A stretch of DNA of 64,000 bases from a virus. Lineage: Duplodnaviria; Caudoviricetes. Under the pieces are notes generated by a model. It worked only from the letters and a program-made list of their open reading frames with translations, was not told the origin of the DNA and ran no database searches. How positions within the stretch are numbered: position 1 is the first letter of the stretch; the number at the start of each line of letters is the position of its first letter. Positions 20,076-29,961 of the stretch are shown here, in pieces. The DNA is taken from positions 30,147-94,146 of IMG/VR virus record IMGVR_UViG_3300043676_000014; one strand, given 5' to 3'. Made by a program: the position numbers and the translations under genes.

Positions 20076-20232
20076 TAGGCATCAATCCCGATCTCATAAT
20101 TACTGCGGCGAAAATAAACAGCGCGCCGCCGACGAGCATCGCAATACCGTGACCAGCCAGGACATAAGCGCCGGCGATTAGCAGCGCGCTACCGGCCGAC
20201 GCAAGCAGCACGATGGCTGCAACTGCGGACAA
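20068..20232 (-). CDS. Small membrane protein preceding the portal gene
   Basis: Manual translation from TTG gives two hydrophobic segments. Confidence 0.5.
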   Translation of the reverse strand: MSAVAAIVLLASAGSALLIAGAYVLAGHGIAMLVGGALFIFAAVIMRSGLMPNG

Positions 20233-20234
20233 GT

Positions 20235-20567
20235 TTAGTCCTCAGAGCGAAGGTCTGAGCGACGATAACGGTTGCTTCTGCTGGGAGCCTCGCCCAGGAA
20301 GTCTTGGCCCTGCGACGGCTCCGCTGTAGGGGCCGCCGTCTCTGTGGCTGGCGCCGCTTGCGTCTCCGCCGCCATGACCCGCGTCTTAAGCGCAGGCTTC
20401 ACTGTCTTCTCAGGAGCGGCTTTGGTTTCATCCAAACTTGCGCGCTTATAGCGCAAGAGACGATCCCTTTCCTTTTCGGTCTGGACCGTAAATGACTCGC
20501 CCTTCGTGTATTCTTTTCGCTCTTCTGGACGATAAACGTGGCGATTGGCGATCATCTTGAACGGCAT
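20235..20567 (-). CDS. Small protein following the capsid gene
   Basis: GAGG RBS, Y.R.D+R.E C-terminus. Confidence 0.65.
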   Translation of the reverse strand: MPFKMIANRHVYRPEERKEYTKGESFTVQTEKERDRLLRYKRASLDETKAAPEKTVKPALKTRVMAAETQAAPATETAAPTAEPSQGQDFLGEAPSRSNRYRRSDLRSED

Positions 20568-20723
20568 GTTATTTTCCTCTCCACAACCTGTCGGCAATCG
20601 CTACATGCCGTAGAAAAGCATTCAGATCCGCTTCAACGTTTGAGCGCAGGTATTGCATGTAGGATTTGGCGGCTTGCTCACCGTGCCAGTCTGCGACTCT
20701 CTTCAACATGAAAATTACCTAAC

Positions 20724-20752
20724 AAAAAAACCCAGGGCCGTCGCCCTGGGTT
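20724..20752 (-). terminator. Intrinsic terminator after the capsid gene
   Basis: AACCCAGGGC-GACG-GCCCTGGG followed by TTTTTTT on the minus strand. Confidence 0.85.
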
Positions 20753-20766
20753 GATGTTCACAAAAC

Positions 20767-22740
20767 TTACGAAGCAACGCTGTAGTTGCCGCCGGTGATA
20801 TAGACCACCGAGTCGGAACGTGCCTTCGTCCAATTTACGAAGCGAGAGCACTTGATGCCGACGAGTCCGTTTTGCCAAAGTGAAACAAGAACGGTCGAAG
20901 CAGTCGCCGGAGAGTCCGGCGCGCTGTCAGTCTGGATCGACGCCTCGGTCGAGATGTCGACTTCGACACCACCATCATCTGCCAACAGAATGTCGCTGGC
21001 ATTGATGAAGGCGATCAGAGCACCATCGGCCGGCGAACCACCGTTCGCTACGATGTTTTCCGATGTCACGACCGGGACGCCCTCGATGCTGCCACCGTCC
21101 TTGGTGACATCAGGGAAGATCCGTGCGTTGAAGTCGGTACGCATCAGGCTAAGGCGCATTGCCTGAGTCTGCGTCATGGCGATTACAAGCGAGTCGAGCG
21201 TGTAGTTCGCTTGCGTGTACAGGGACAACAGGCTGCCGAAGTCGGCGCGGAACGCATCCGACGTATTGCCGCTTGCCGTAATGTTACTCGAACCATTCGT
21301 GATAGACGCCGGAGAGACGCCGGTCACAAGAGCCTTCGCCGGATCGAGGAAGTCACGATCCATAAGGTACTGAATGGCCTTGGTCAACGAATTGACCATG
21401 ATGGTTTCAGAGTTCGGACGCGAGAAGCGCAACAGTTCCTGCGTCTGGTACGTGATACCCGCGATCTTCGCGAAGTCGAGGGTAACAGTGTCCAGCGCGC
21501 CCTTGCTGAGCGGCGCGGGCGAACCCTGGCCGACCCAGTAACCCGTCGTCGCCGACGTTTCGCGCGGCACTTTGATATTGAAGGGCACGCGACGCAGGCC
21601 AGGAATACGAGAGATCAGCGCGTTCGGGCGCAGGAGTTCGATGAACTCTTCCTGGAGGTTCTGGTAGACAACAAGAGGACCGGCCCAAGTCGAGTCAGTC
21701 GTGCTGCCCGCTGCAATCGCAGACTTCAGAACGTGATTCGGCATCTTCAGGACGCTGACGAGATCGTCGCCCCACCCCTTCGATTCCGCGATCTGATAGG
21801 CAGGGATGTTCTCTTCCTTCGCCATAAAGCGGGCGCCGAGCAGGCGGACGAATCCGTAGCCTTTGGGAAGAGCCTTCTGAGTGCTGACGGTCATGACGCG
21901 ACCTTCACGCGACTCGCTGGCGGCCTTGGTGGTGGTGCCGGCGACGGCAACAGCCACCTTCTTGTTACGCTGTTCGGCGTCGTTCAGGAGTTCGAGATGG
22001 TCGTCGATTTCCTTGAGTTCAGCCTTGAGCGTTGCGACCGTTTCCTTCTGTTCAGCGTCGAGGGTTTCGCCCTTCTCCGACGCAGCGTCCAGAATGCTTT
22101 CGATCGCCGCGTTCTTAGTGTCGCGGGTAGTCGTGAATGCGGAGATCTGCTCCGCGTAGCTCTTCTTCATAGCTCTGCCCTCCTGGGCTTTGACTGGGGT
22201 TGATTTCTTTTTCCCAGGCGCGGGAGGGGTGGTGACGTCGTCACTCTCTTGCGTATGGCCTGTCGCGGCCCGCTGAGCTGTGTCGAGAGACTTGATCATC
22301 GAAATTGTGCAGTCCGCATTTGCGGGCACAGTCACAAGCGACAATTCCATTACTTCGGATTCAACGTAGCGAATGCCGCCATCGTCCATCCGATTTGTTT
22401 CGATGGGGCGAAATCCAATACTTACCGCGGTTACTAAACCTGCGCGGACCTCAGCCCACGCGAGGTCGACTCGATCCTTGAGCAATCCAGGCTCATCGAT
22501 CTTCGGGATGCGAGCCTCGAACGTAATTCCGGTCTTCGTTGGCTTATCGAACTTGACCGTTCCGACTGGAGCACTTGTGTCATGTTGGTGCAAAAGTGGC
22601 AGTGGATTTTTGAACTTCACTCCGAGAGGTTCGACCACGTCAAAAACGCGATCGGGGGTTGGAGTCGTGGCCGTGCCACGGATAATGCGCTGATCTTCCT
22701 GAACCGCTTTCACGGTCAAGATTGAATAGGCACGGTTCAT
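20767..22740 (-). CDS. Fused prohead protease - HK97-fold major capsid protein
   Basis: N-terminal DR..D, PLL.QH, SIGF, ELSLV.VPAN protease motifs, then a coiled coil and capsid domain. Confidence 0.93.
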   Translation of the reverse strand: MNRAYSILTVKAVQEDQRIIRGTATTPTPDRVFDVVEPLGVKFKNPLPLLHQHDTSAPVGTVKFDKPTKTGITFEARIPKIDEPGLLKDRVDLAWAEVRAGLVTAVSIGFRPIETNRMDDGGIRYVESEVMELSLVTVPANADCTISMIKSLDTAQRAATGHTQESDDVTTPPAPGKKKSTPVKAQEGRAMKKSYAEQISAFTTTRDTKNAAIESILDAASEKGETLDAEQKETVATLKAELKEIDDHLELLNDAEQRNKKVAVAVAGTTTKAASESREGRVMTVSTQKALPKGYGFVRLLGARFMAKEENIPAYQIAESKGWGDDLVSVLKMPNHVLKSAIAAGSTTDSTWAGPLVVYQNLQEEFIELLRPNALISRIPGLRRVPFNIKVPRETSATTGYWVGQGSPAPLSKGALDTVTLDFAKIAGITYQTQELLRFSRPNSETIMVNSLTKAIQYLMDRDFLDPAKALVTGVSPASITNGSSNITASGNTSDAFRADFGSLLSLYTQANYTLDSLVIAMTQTQAMRLSLMRTDFNARIFPDVTKDGGSIEGVPVVTSENIVANGGSPADGALIAFINASDILLADDGGVEVDISTEASIQTDSAPDSPATASTVLVSLWQNGLVGIKCSRFVNWTKARSDSVVYITGGNYSVAS

Positions 22741-22758
22741 GATATGGATTCCGGTCAA

Positions 22759-22783
22759 TAAAAAACCCGCCGGTTAGGGCGGG
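22759..22783 (-). terminator. Intrinsic terminator-like hairpin between terL and the capsid gene
   Basis: CCCGCC-CTAACC-GGCGGG-TTTTTT on the minus strand. Confidence 0.7.
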
Positions 22784-22919
22784 TCGATCAAACGAGAAAA
22801 GGTTGCGGACGCGATCAGCCTTGGACGGCACATTGAAGCCGCAAACCGAGACAGGACCGCAGGCTGACTTTCTGGAAAACCGACCCGTCCGCTGGCCGAT
22901 CGGATTTTGCCTGCCTCAG

Positions 22920-24596
22920 TTAAGCGAAAAGAATTTCATATGTTGGCTTGCGCTTTGGCTCAGGATTCAACGCCATGATGGACGCGGCGTCGAAGAGGGC
23001 CATGACTGGATCGATCTTGCCGTAGCCGGATTCGTCTCGAGCAATGCGCTGGCCCGTGCCGGTCTGTTTGGTGATGCAGTTGGCGGCGCACCATGCCATC
23101 ATGGGACGACCGCCGTGCTTGAACGTGCCGTCAGATAATTTTCTCTCGATGGTCTTGAATGCACCCATCAGGGAAACGCCTTGATAGACGCCGCCCAACA
23201 AATTATTTTCCTGCGTCACGCCGATCTCGGCAAGAGCGTCAACGATCGCTCCTATGCCGGCAGGGTCCGCACCAACTTGGGCCAACTTCCCAGAATCCAA
23301 ACACTGCTTGATTATATCCACTACTGCGCTGACGTCGTCAGGAAGCTGCTCAACCAAGGTAAGGTCTCCGTCCCTGATAAAGTCCTGATAGGCGGGCCAA
23401 TTCGCCTTACGGCGCTCCCAACCCATTGGAGAGATGAAGGCATGAGCCCAACCAAGCCAGCGCTGCGTTCCCTTCTCTCGACCTATGACCGCGACGCCAA
23501 GGAGATCCTCGGCCCCTCCCCCGTCGGTCCCGGCGGTAAGAACTTCGGATCGGTTGATGATCTCTTTGAGCGTTAGCCCCTTCTCAATTCCTTTCGGCCA
23601 AAGACGGGCGCCGGCCCAACCGTCGCCGCGCTCGCCCTGGCCTATCTCGACGTTGAAATGCTGACTCGCAAGTAGTGCGAGTGCGACCGGTCCGCTGGCT
23701 TCAGCCTTGATGAGTTGGTCAACTAGGAAGGAACGATCGACCGATTTATCCAAGTTTGGATTAACCAAAGGCCAGGTCGCCTGATCTTTCCAGCCGCCGT
23801 CCTTTACTAGTTCTCGTGGCAACTCGTAGATTATTGGCAGCAACGGAAGCTTCATCTCTCCGTCGCGCACTGCCCTAGCGTTTTTCAGTTCTTCCTTGAA
23901 CAGTCCGAGAGGCGGTTCCTTTGACTGGGTCGATATCTGTAGCATGAAGCCGTCAATACGAGCGGCTAGCGAGCCCCTGATTTCAACGAACACCTGTTCA
24001 GCGCGCGACATCTGGGCAAAGACGTGCGTTTCATCAACGAGGATGAAGGTCGCCTTGGATCCGGTGATGACGTCCTTGTCGGCCGCCTTGATGATGATCA
24101 CCGCGAGAGTCTGGCGGTGGGTGATCGTCCTCTGGTGCGACTGAGGATGGAACAGAGCGGTCAATTTCGGGTCGAGTCGAATGATGCCCTCGGCCTGGGT
24201 GAACGCGATGTCGGCGATCTTCTTGGTCGGCGCGATCAGCAGGCACTCCGCCGCAGGACGCCGGTTCATGATAATCGCCGTGACCATGATGGCCGCGGCG
24301 ATCGAGCTCTTGCCATTCTTCTTCGGGATGAGGACAAAGAACTCCCGGATCATCCGGCGCTTGATCGAGACGTCGTAGGATCCGAAGATCACCTTGACGA
24401 TGTCGAAGACCCAGTCGTCGCAAATTTCCCCGTAAGTCGGGAAGCCCTCCATGTCGGGGCACTTGAGCCGCTTAAAGATGCGGAGCGCCCGATTGGCCTC
24501 GTCCTCGAAGACCTCGATATTGTCCGGGATCAGCGACAACCGGTTGACAATACGATTCTCCCAGTCGGGGCACGCCGTCGACCAGTCTCGAGCCAT
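22920..24596 (-). CDS. terL: Terminase large subunit
   Basis: Walker A PKKNGKS, Walker B LVDE, nuclease GTDGG..DL and KIDP..A. Confidence 0.95.
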   Translation of the reverse strand: MARDWSTACPDWENRIVNRLSLIPDNIEVFEDEANRALRIFKRLKCPDMEGFPTYGEICDDWVFDIVKVIFGSYDVSIKRRMIREFFVLIPKKNGKSSIAAAIMVTAIIMNRRPAAECLLIAPTKKIADIAFTQAEGIIRLDPKLTALFHPQSHQRTITHRQTLAVIIIKAADKDVITGSKATFILVDETHVFAQMSRAEQVFVEIRGSLAARIDGFMLQISTQSKEPPLGLFKEELKNARAVRDGEMKLPLLPIIYELPRELVKDGGWKDQATWPLVNPNLDKSVDRSFLVDQLIKAEASGPVALALLASQHFNVEIGQGERGDGWAGARLWPKGIEKGLTLKEIINRSEVLTAGTDGGGAEDLLGVAVIGREKGTQRWLGWAHAFISPMGWERRKANWPAYQDFIRDGDLTLVEQLPDDVSAVVDIIKQCLDSGKLAQVGADPAGIGAIVDALAEIGVTQENNLLGGVYQGVSLMGAFKTIERKLSDGTFKHGGRPMMAWCAANCITKQTGTGQRIARDESGYGKIDPVMALFDAASIMALNPEPKRKPTYEILFA

Positions 24597-25180
24597 CAGT
24601 TAAACTTGCCTGCCGGCGCCGCTAGGTCGTCTCCCCAGTCATCGTCTCCGCCCGCGGCGATGCGCTGGGCCTCAGTTTTCTGTTCTTCCTTTTTCCCAGG
24701 CGAGGCATCCTGGAGTTTCTGGAGCGCCGACGCCAATTGCGTGGAACTCTTGGTGCGGGTTTCGTGATCAAGGGCCTTCTGCAGCTTGAACCGGATCCGG
24801 TCGTCTTTCTCGCCGTTGAAATGTTCCTCGACCAGCGCCGACAGATCCTCGGCATGCCGGTTCAGGAATTCCAACTCCTCCATCAGTGCCAAAATGATAT
24901 TTCGACCGCGGGCGGTTAGTTCGGAGACAGACGCCGATACAAGGGCCTTCGTGGCACCTTCGATACGGGTTGAGCGAGGGTTGCGTTCTGGTTTGCACTC
25001 AGGTTCGATAGTGGGGGAACAGTCCACCAACTTAACCCATCCACCCTTCTTGGCGCGCTTTCGGAGGGCGGTGTCAGACACACCAACATTCTTGGCTAAA
25101 GTCCTGTCCGATATAGATTTTGTCTCGTAATCCTGTCGAACCAAATCCCAGTCGATAGAATTTCTTTCTCTAGTTTGCAC
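24596..25180 (-). CDS. terS: Terminase small subunit (start uncertain)
   Basis: DW..+...Y......R.LA...GVS..A+RKRAKK.GW HTH, GKKE tail, directly upstream of terL. Confidence 0.8.
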   Translation of the reverse strand: MQTRERNSIDWDLVRQDYETKSISDRTLAKNVGVSDTALRKRAKKGGWVKLVDCSPTIEPECKPERNPRSTRIEGATKALVSASVSELTARGRNIILALMEELEFLNRHAEDLSALVEEHFNGEKDDRIRFKLQKALDHETRTKSSTQLASALQKLQDASPGKKEEQKTEAQRIAAGGDDDWGDDLAAPAGKFN

Positions 25181-25199
25181 CGGTTTGCACCTAACTAAA

Positions 25200-25310
25200 A
25201 TCCTGTGGGCTGGAAAAAACCTCCGCATGAACCCCCATGCGGTAGAAGTCCCCCAATCGCTTCAAAGACTTACACCACCCCCCGGTCTACGAGGCGCGGC
25301 AATCGCGCCA
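25200..25310. other. Candidate cos/packaging-initiation region
   Basis: Non-coding stretch upstream of terS with a G-run (GGGGGGTGGTG on minus) and hairpin GGCGCG-GCAAT-CGCGCC. Inferred from position. Confidence 0.4.
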
Positions 25311-25681
25311 GCAAACCAGCAGGTGCGGAATTCCCAAGGCTTTGAGGGTTGATAGCTTCTCTAATCGCAACGCTATTCAGCGGGCACGCCAGCCCGATTG
25401 TGCGCTTCTCGCTTTGCAACATCACATTGCGCTGATTTGTTACCCGTTGCTCGAAGCTTGAGCCTGGTAGGCGACCATGTGGCGCAATGCGCCCGATAGG
25501 CGAGTTCCGCCCAATGAAAAGCCCGACTGCAGCATGAGAGGCTGGCCGGGCTTCGGTCGCAATTATGAGGCTGCACTATCCATCGCCTTAACCGTTGGGG
25601 TTAGCAAGAGGCATGGGTACTAGGGCTAGGGGTTATTCACAGGGACGCGCAAACCGGGCGCGCAAACCACAGCCTTGGCGC

Positions 25682-25945
25682 CTAGCCCTTGCGCTGCAGC
25701 TTAGGTGCCAGAACGCCTATGCTCTTACCATCGTCTGTGAAGGCAATGCCACGCTTGCGCAAAGCCTCTTCCACGCCAGCAATGGACGAGCGCCTAGGGT
25801 CTCCCGTGTCATTCTCAAGGTCTATCAGCGTTGCGCGGGATATGCCGGCGAACTCGCATAGCTCTGCCTGGGACAGTCCAAGGATAGCCCTTGCGGCCTT
25901 GATTTGCCTACCTTCCATAAAGAGGCTGTACCCTGTATTAGACAT
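25682..25945 (-). CDS. XRE-family HTH regulator divergent from the small-gene array
   Basis: QIKAARA.LG.SQ.EL...AGIS..TL...E. Confidence 0.9.
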   Translation of the reverse strand: MSNTGYSLFMEGRQIKAARAILGLSQAELCEFAGISRATLIDLENDTGDPRRSSIAGVEEALRKRGIAFTDDGKSIGVLAPKLQRKG

Positions 25946-25968
25946 TATGTAAACTCTTTGTGACTTTA

Positions 25969-26022
25969 TGCATCTTTCTTGTTGACACGCCGTTTATCTC
26001 CTATAAGATGCAAATTGTCAAC
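25969..26022 (+). promoter_or_regulatory. Sigma70-like promoter of the array within inverted elements
   Basis: TTGACA(25982)-16-TAAGAT(26004). Inverted pairs TGCATCTT/AAGATGCA and GTTGACA/TGTCAAC. Confidence 0.65.
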
Positions 26023-26046
26023 TAAGAGATACAAAGGAAAACGACC

Positions 26047-26199
26047 ATGATTGAATTAGCCCTTACCACTGGAATCATCGGAACTGGCATAGGCTTTTGG
26101 ATTGCCGATATGTTGGCGACTCGCAAATGGCGGAATGAGACTATGCTGCGTCGTTGCAACGAAACGGTTTCGCGCCGTTTCAACGCTTCGCGTCATTAA
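26047..26199 (+). CDS. Array ORF, small protein with hydrophobic N-terminus
   Basis: AAGGA RBS, manual translation of 50 aa. Confidence 0.55.
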   Translation: MIELALTTGIIGTGIGFWIADMLATRKWRNETMLRRCNETVSRRFNASRH

Positions 26200-26211
26200 G
26201 GGAATCGAGCA

Positions 26212-26373
26212 ATGGAAAAGAATCCAATCCCTAAAACCGTTGCCGAATTGCGCGCGATACTTGACGCTCGCAAGCCATATACGCAAGCCATATACGACGC
26301 TATTCAGCGCGGTAACATGGATGCATTCGACGCAGCGCAAAAGAGAATGCGCAAAGCTTTCCCTAACGGTTGA
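26212..26373 (+). CDS. Array ORF, hypothetical (53 aa)
   Basis: AAGGGA RBS, manual translation. Confidence 0.55.
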   Translation: MEKNPIPKTVAELRAILDARKPYTQAIYDAIQRGNMDAFDAAQKRMRKAFPNG

Positions 26374-26385
26374 AAGGCGCGGACC

Positions 26386-26607
26386 ATGACACGCAAAGTT
26401 AAAGCATCTGATTACACTCATTCGGTTTGGACTGGCAAAAAGTATAATCGCCAGCAAACGGATTCCGATTTGGCCAACGAAAGCCGAAAGGTTCTTAATA
26501 GACACCCTACAATTGGCCGTTTGTTAGCTCGCCCTAATGACGGCCAACGAATTGCGAGCCATTGTTTTGAACGCTTCACGTTAACCAGCGCGATTGTGCG
26601 CAATTGA
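26386..26607 (+). CDS. Array ORF, hypothetical
   Basis: AAGG RBS, co-oriented. Confidence 0.5.
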   Translation: MTRKVKASDYTHSVWTGKKYNRQQTDSDLANESRKVLNRHPTIGRLLARPNDGQRIASHCFERFTLTSAIVRN

Positions 26608-26624
26608 AAACAGGAATCGCCACT

Positions 26625-27071
26625 ATGGCAAAAAGCTATCCCGAAACTATCCCCTCGCAATTCGCCGCAGAACATTTGACAGACGCTTATAAACGCGGCT
26701 GGAATCAAGGTCACGGCATTGCCTGCCATAACGTGCCGACACTAGGCGAAAAGGTTTGGAGCGATTCGCTTGGCAAGGTCACGATTGACGCTGAAAACAT
26801 CCGCGAGGTTCACGCCGATAACTGCTACCGCGCCGAAGAGAATTCCCGCTCTTATTCGCCTTTCGAGTTTACCGCCAGCGAATTTAACAAGGCCGATACG
26901 ACCGATGGGGAATTCGATCCTGACAAGGAAGGATCGGCCGAAGAGTTATGGGAAGCCTTTGACGCTGGCATTCATGATGCAATCAGCGCCGATTTGTCGG
27001 AATATACCGATGAGGATTATGGGATCGAGGAAGAGGTAGACGAGTCCGATCCAGACGAGTCCACGGTTTAG
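26625..27071 (+). CDS. Array ORF, highly acidic protein
   Basis: AGGA RBS, D/E-rich C-terminal half. Confidence 0.8.
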   Translation: MAKSYPETIPSQFAAEHLTDAYKRGWNQGHGIACHNVPTLGEKVWSDSLGKVTIDAENIREVHADNCYRAEENSRSYSPFEFTASEFNKADTTDGEFDPDKEGSAEELWEAFDAGIHDAISADLSEYTDEDYGIEEEVDESDPDESTV

Positions 27072-27163
27072 ACGTTTCCGCCTTGCGCCGTTCATTCGGC
27101 GCAATGGGAAGCCTCTAGTTTCAATCGGCAATCGTGCCAAACATAACCAAGGGAACTAACGCC

Positions 27164-27256
27164 ATGAAATATCGCAAACATAAATTTGAACGTAAGACCA
27201 TACGTCGCGCGCAATCGCGCTATGGCAAGTATGCTTTCCTGAATTCTGCGCAGTAA
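27164..27256 (+). CDS. Array ORF, basic 30-aa peptide
   Basis: AAGGGA RBS after a hairpin, manual translation. Confidence 0.45.
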   Translation: MKYRKHKFERKTIRRAQSRYGKYAFLNSAQ

Positions 27257-27268
27257 GGAATCGCCACA

Positions 27269-27502
27269 GTGACCGAACGCTGTTTCGCTTGCGACCGAGT
27301 CATTAAGGATACCGGCGATTCCGCGAGGTCGCACCTTGTCGAATGTATCGACGAGCAAACCGCCTTTATCGGTCCCGAATGTTTCCGCAAGGTTAAGCGC
27401 GCGGGAGTCGATGGCTGGCAACCGCCAAAAGGCGGGCCACGTCTTTTCTGCTTAGGTCTTAAACCCGCGCAATTGTGCGCAAATCAGGAGTCAAGGCAAT
27501 GA
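27269..27502 (+). CDS. Array ORF, small Cys-containing protein
   Basis: CxxC...GPEC, AAGGA RBS. Confidence 0.65.
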   Translation: MTERCFACDRVIKDTGDSARSHLVECIDEQTAFIGPECFRKVKRAGVDGWQPPKGGPRLFCLGLKPAQLCANQESRQ

Positions 27503-27597
27503 ACGGTTATTCCGCAAGGCTTAGAGTCTCTCGGATTAAGACGCGCCGCGTTCTGCGAAGATTGAACCGAGTCGCGATTATGGAGTCGCTCCGATGA
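27499..27597 (+). CDS. Array ORF, Arg-rich 32-aa peptide
   Basis: AGGAG RBS, ATGA overlaps on both sides. Confidence 0.45.
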   Translation: MNGYSARLRVSRIKTRRVLRRLNRVAIMESLR

Positions 27598-27818
27598 AAC
27601 GAGTCTGCGATTGCCTGCCAAATGAGGCTTTGCAGGATTGGGATTGTGTAAGATCCTATTGGGAAAACGAGGTTACTGTAGAGCACAAAGACAAATGGCC
27701 GGGACCGCAAAAATACGTTTCATACTGGATTGAGATAGGGAATGGACTCGCTATTGGATGGAATGAGAATCCGTCAAGAGGCTGGTCTTTCCCGGTTATC
27801 AGAATGAAGGCAAGTTAA
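27594..27818 (+). CDS. Array ORF, hypothetical
   Basis: GGAG RBS, GWNENP.RGWSFP motif. Confidence 0.7.
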   Translation: MKRVCDCLPNEALQDWDCVRSYWENEVTVEHKDKWPGPQKYVSYWIEIGNGLAIGWNENPSRGWSFPVIRMKAS

Positions 27819-27855
27819 CCCGCGCCATAGTGCGCAACGCAATGGAGTCGAGACA

Positions 27856-28170
27856 ATGACGATATCCGAATCAACCGAAATGGAGCGCGCGGAATTATTG
27901 CGCGCTGGCGCGGTGGAAATATCCCGCGCCGAATGGCTGGCGCGCGTTGAGTCCTATGGATACCGCGTTAACCAGTCCGATTGCTTTTCCTATCTGAATT
28001 CGCACAACGCGCGGCCATACCATGCCCGCTGCGTCTCGAATTATGAAGATAGGGAAAGCGGACTCTCGTTTGCTCATTACCAGGGACGGCGCGATTCCCG
28101 TTTCAAGGAACTGCAGAAAATGCGTTTTGATTGTTTCGTGTTTTCGCGCGGCCGTATATTTGAGCTCTGA
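27856..28170 (+). CDS. Array ORF, hypothetical
   Basis: GGAG RBS after a hairpin. Confidence 0.7.
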   Translation: MTISESTEMERAELLRAGAVEISRAEWLARVESYGYRVNQSDCFSYLNSHNARPYHARCVSNYEDRESGLSFAHYQGRRDSRFKELQKMRFDCFVFSRGRIFEL

Positions 28171-28183
28171 AAGGGATCAAGCC

Positions 28184-28384
28184 ATGACCACAATAGCCAA
28201 AATAACTAAGGCGTATGTCCGCACCTATTCCGACAATCAAACGACTCGCTCTTATGTCGAATGGATCGATACCAAGGGAGTCGAGGGACGAACGGAAGGC
28301 GCGGTCCCCTTGGGAACGCATATGCTTGCCCTGTTTGAACGGGCAAAGCGTGAAGGCGTCACTCCTATTTATGAACAATGGTAG
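28184..28384 (+). CDS. Array ORF, hypothetical
   Basis: AAGGGA RBS, start trimmed to MTTIAK. Confidence 0.7.
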   Translation: MTTIAKITKAYVRTYSDNQTTRSYVEWIDTKGVEGRTEGAVPLGTHMLALFERAKREGVTPIYEQW

Positions 28385-28395
28385 GAGTCCGCGTC

Positions 28396-28608
28396 ATGAA
28401 AATGCAAGCTGATATCTCAAAGGTGGAACGCGGCGATATCGTCCGGTTCAAATCGTATGCCTTGCGAGTCGAGCAGGAACCAAAACGCGGCAACGGTTCC
28501 ATTACCCTGACCGGGCGAATCAGCGTCGACGGTTCCCCGATTGTCACGAAGCATTTTATGAATGGTCGCATGGTCCTAATCGAGAGGGAATCCGCGCCAA
28601 AAGCCTAA
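28396..28608 (+). CDS. Array ORF, hypothetical
   Basis: AGGAG RBS. Confidence 0.65.
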   Translation: MKMQADISKVERGDIVRFKSYALRVEQEPKRGNGSITLTGRISVDGSPIVTKHFMNGRMVLIERESAPKA

Positions 28609-28710
28609 CCCCTGGGATACGGCTGATTCCAAGAGTCCCCGATACGGCTGATTCCAAAATGCTAAACCCTATTCCGCGCCATTGTGCGCAATTGAGAAGG
28701 AGTCGAAACG

Positions 28711-29163
28711 ATGCCTGAATTCATTCTTGACCACGGAACGGTCGAAACCGCGAAACAATTCCGCGCCTTGGATTCCTTTACGCAAGGTTACATTGAGGCG
28801 ATGTTTTTCACGTCTGAGGGCGTCGACAATGATTACGAACCTGGCCACGAAAACGACCTAGCTAATATCAGCGTTGCGGACCTTGCGCCTAGCGCGCTGC
28901 AGATCATCATTGAAAACTGCGAAGCATTCCAGCGCGACAATGCGGCATTGCTAGAGCAAGCCTACGGCGTGACCGGGAAATATGAAAAGTTCCCCTATGA
29001 CGAGTCGCGCGCTGGCAATGACTACTGGTACACGCGAAACGGGCATGGGACGGGCTTTTGGGATCGTGGCTTAGGCGATATCGGAGAAGCCTTGGCAAAG
29101 GCCGCGCGCTATTCGGAGCGTTCCCTATACCGCGGCGATGATGGAAAGCTGTACCTAGCTTAA
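28711..29163 (+). CDS. Array ORF, phage hypothetical with G.D.W.TRNGHG.GFWD motif
   Basis: AAGGAG RBS, distinctive motif. Confidence 0.85.
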   Translation: MPEFILDHGTVETAKQFRALDSFTQGYIEAMFFTSEGVDNDYEPGHENDLANISVADLAPSALQIIIENCEAFQRDNAALLEQAYGVTGKYEKFPYDESRAGNDYWYTRNGHGTGFWDRGLGDIGEALAKAARYSERSLYRGDDGKLYLA

Positions 29164-29204
29164 CCCCTTCCCTACGGCTGATTCCAGAATGAAAGGAAAA
29201 CAAA

Positions 29205-29360
29205 ATGCAAACGCAAGACCTAGTGAATCTTTTGAACAGCGCGGCCGCCGTCTTGGAATGCGGCAACGGAACCGTTAGCGCGGACGAATTGAGCCAACTT
29301 ATCGAAGATCTGCTAATGGCGGCCGTCGAACTAGAGGGACCGCCGCCGAAAATGAACTAA
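29205..29360 (+). CDS. Array ORF, small acidic helical protein
   Basis: AAGGA RBS, bounded by repeats, manual translation. Confidence 0.6.
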   Translation: MQTQDLVNLLNSAAAVLECGNGTVSADELSQLIEDLLMAAVELEGPPPKMN

Positions 29361-29451
29361 CCCCTAGTCCCGGCTGATTCCAAAGGGAGTCCCGGTTACG
29401 GCTGATTTTGAGTTAGTGGCAATTGTGCCGAACAAGTTGAAAGGAATGAAC

Positions 29452-29889
29452 ATGCTGAAGAAACACGATTCAATCGAGACGCTGCAGCAAATTGGAATCT
29501 CTTACGCCGACGCGACCGAGTTGCGGCGCATATCAATGACCTTGCATCGCTGGCATGAGCTCGAATGCGGCGGTGGGAACGACCACGCCTCTTGGACCAT
29601 TGCGCGCGGTCGCAAGGTGAACGGCGTTTTTGAGTACGACGATAACGGAACGCCTTTCGAAGAACGCCACGTTCACTCCGAAAACAAGGCGCGCTATACC
29701 GCTATTCCCGATCGGGAGCGCGGCGCGTTGAAACGCCTTGCGGATATCATGGTGCGGTATCCGACTCTCTCTTCCTATGTTCAAGGAGATCCGCGCGGCG
29801 CGTCCCTGTATATCTTGCGACCTGGGGACGTGCCGGAAGGTTCAAGCGTCGACTCCTGCTATTCGCGCGGGATTGCCGTTTATAAGTAA
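29452..29889 (+). CDS. Array ORF, hypothetical with QGDPRG motif
   Basis: AAGGA RBS, bounded by repeats. Confidence 0.8.
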   Translation: MLKKHDSIETLQQIGISYADATELRRISMTLHRWHELECGGGNDHASWTIARGRKVNGVFEYDDNGTPFEERHVHSENKARYTAIPDRERGALKRLADIMVRYPTLSSYVQGDPRGASLYILRPGDVPEGSSVDSCYSRGIAVYK

Positions 29890-29961
29890 CCCCTCTTTAC
29901 GGCTGATTTTGCTACCCCTGATTACGGCTGATTTTGGCCAAACGAAAAAGGAGTCTAGACC

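Noticed and set aside
22790-22919. c-di-GMP-I riboswitch (GGCAAA seed)
   Set aside because: The GNRA/receptor and GCAAAGC elements are not convincingly present.
16689-24767. Long + strand ORFs opposite the head genes (e.g. 16689-18020, 21211-22203, 24024-24767)
   Set aside because: Shadow frames caused by high-GC codon bias, with no motifs.
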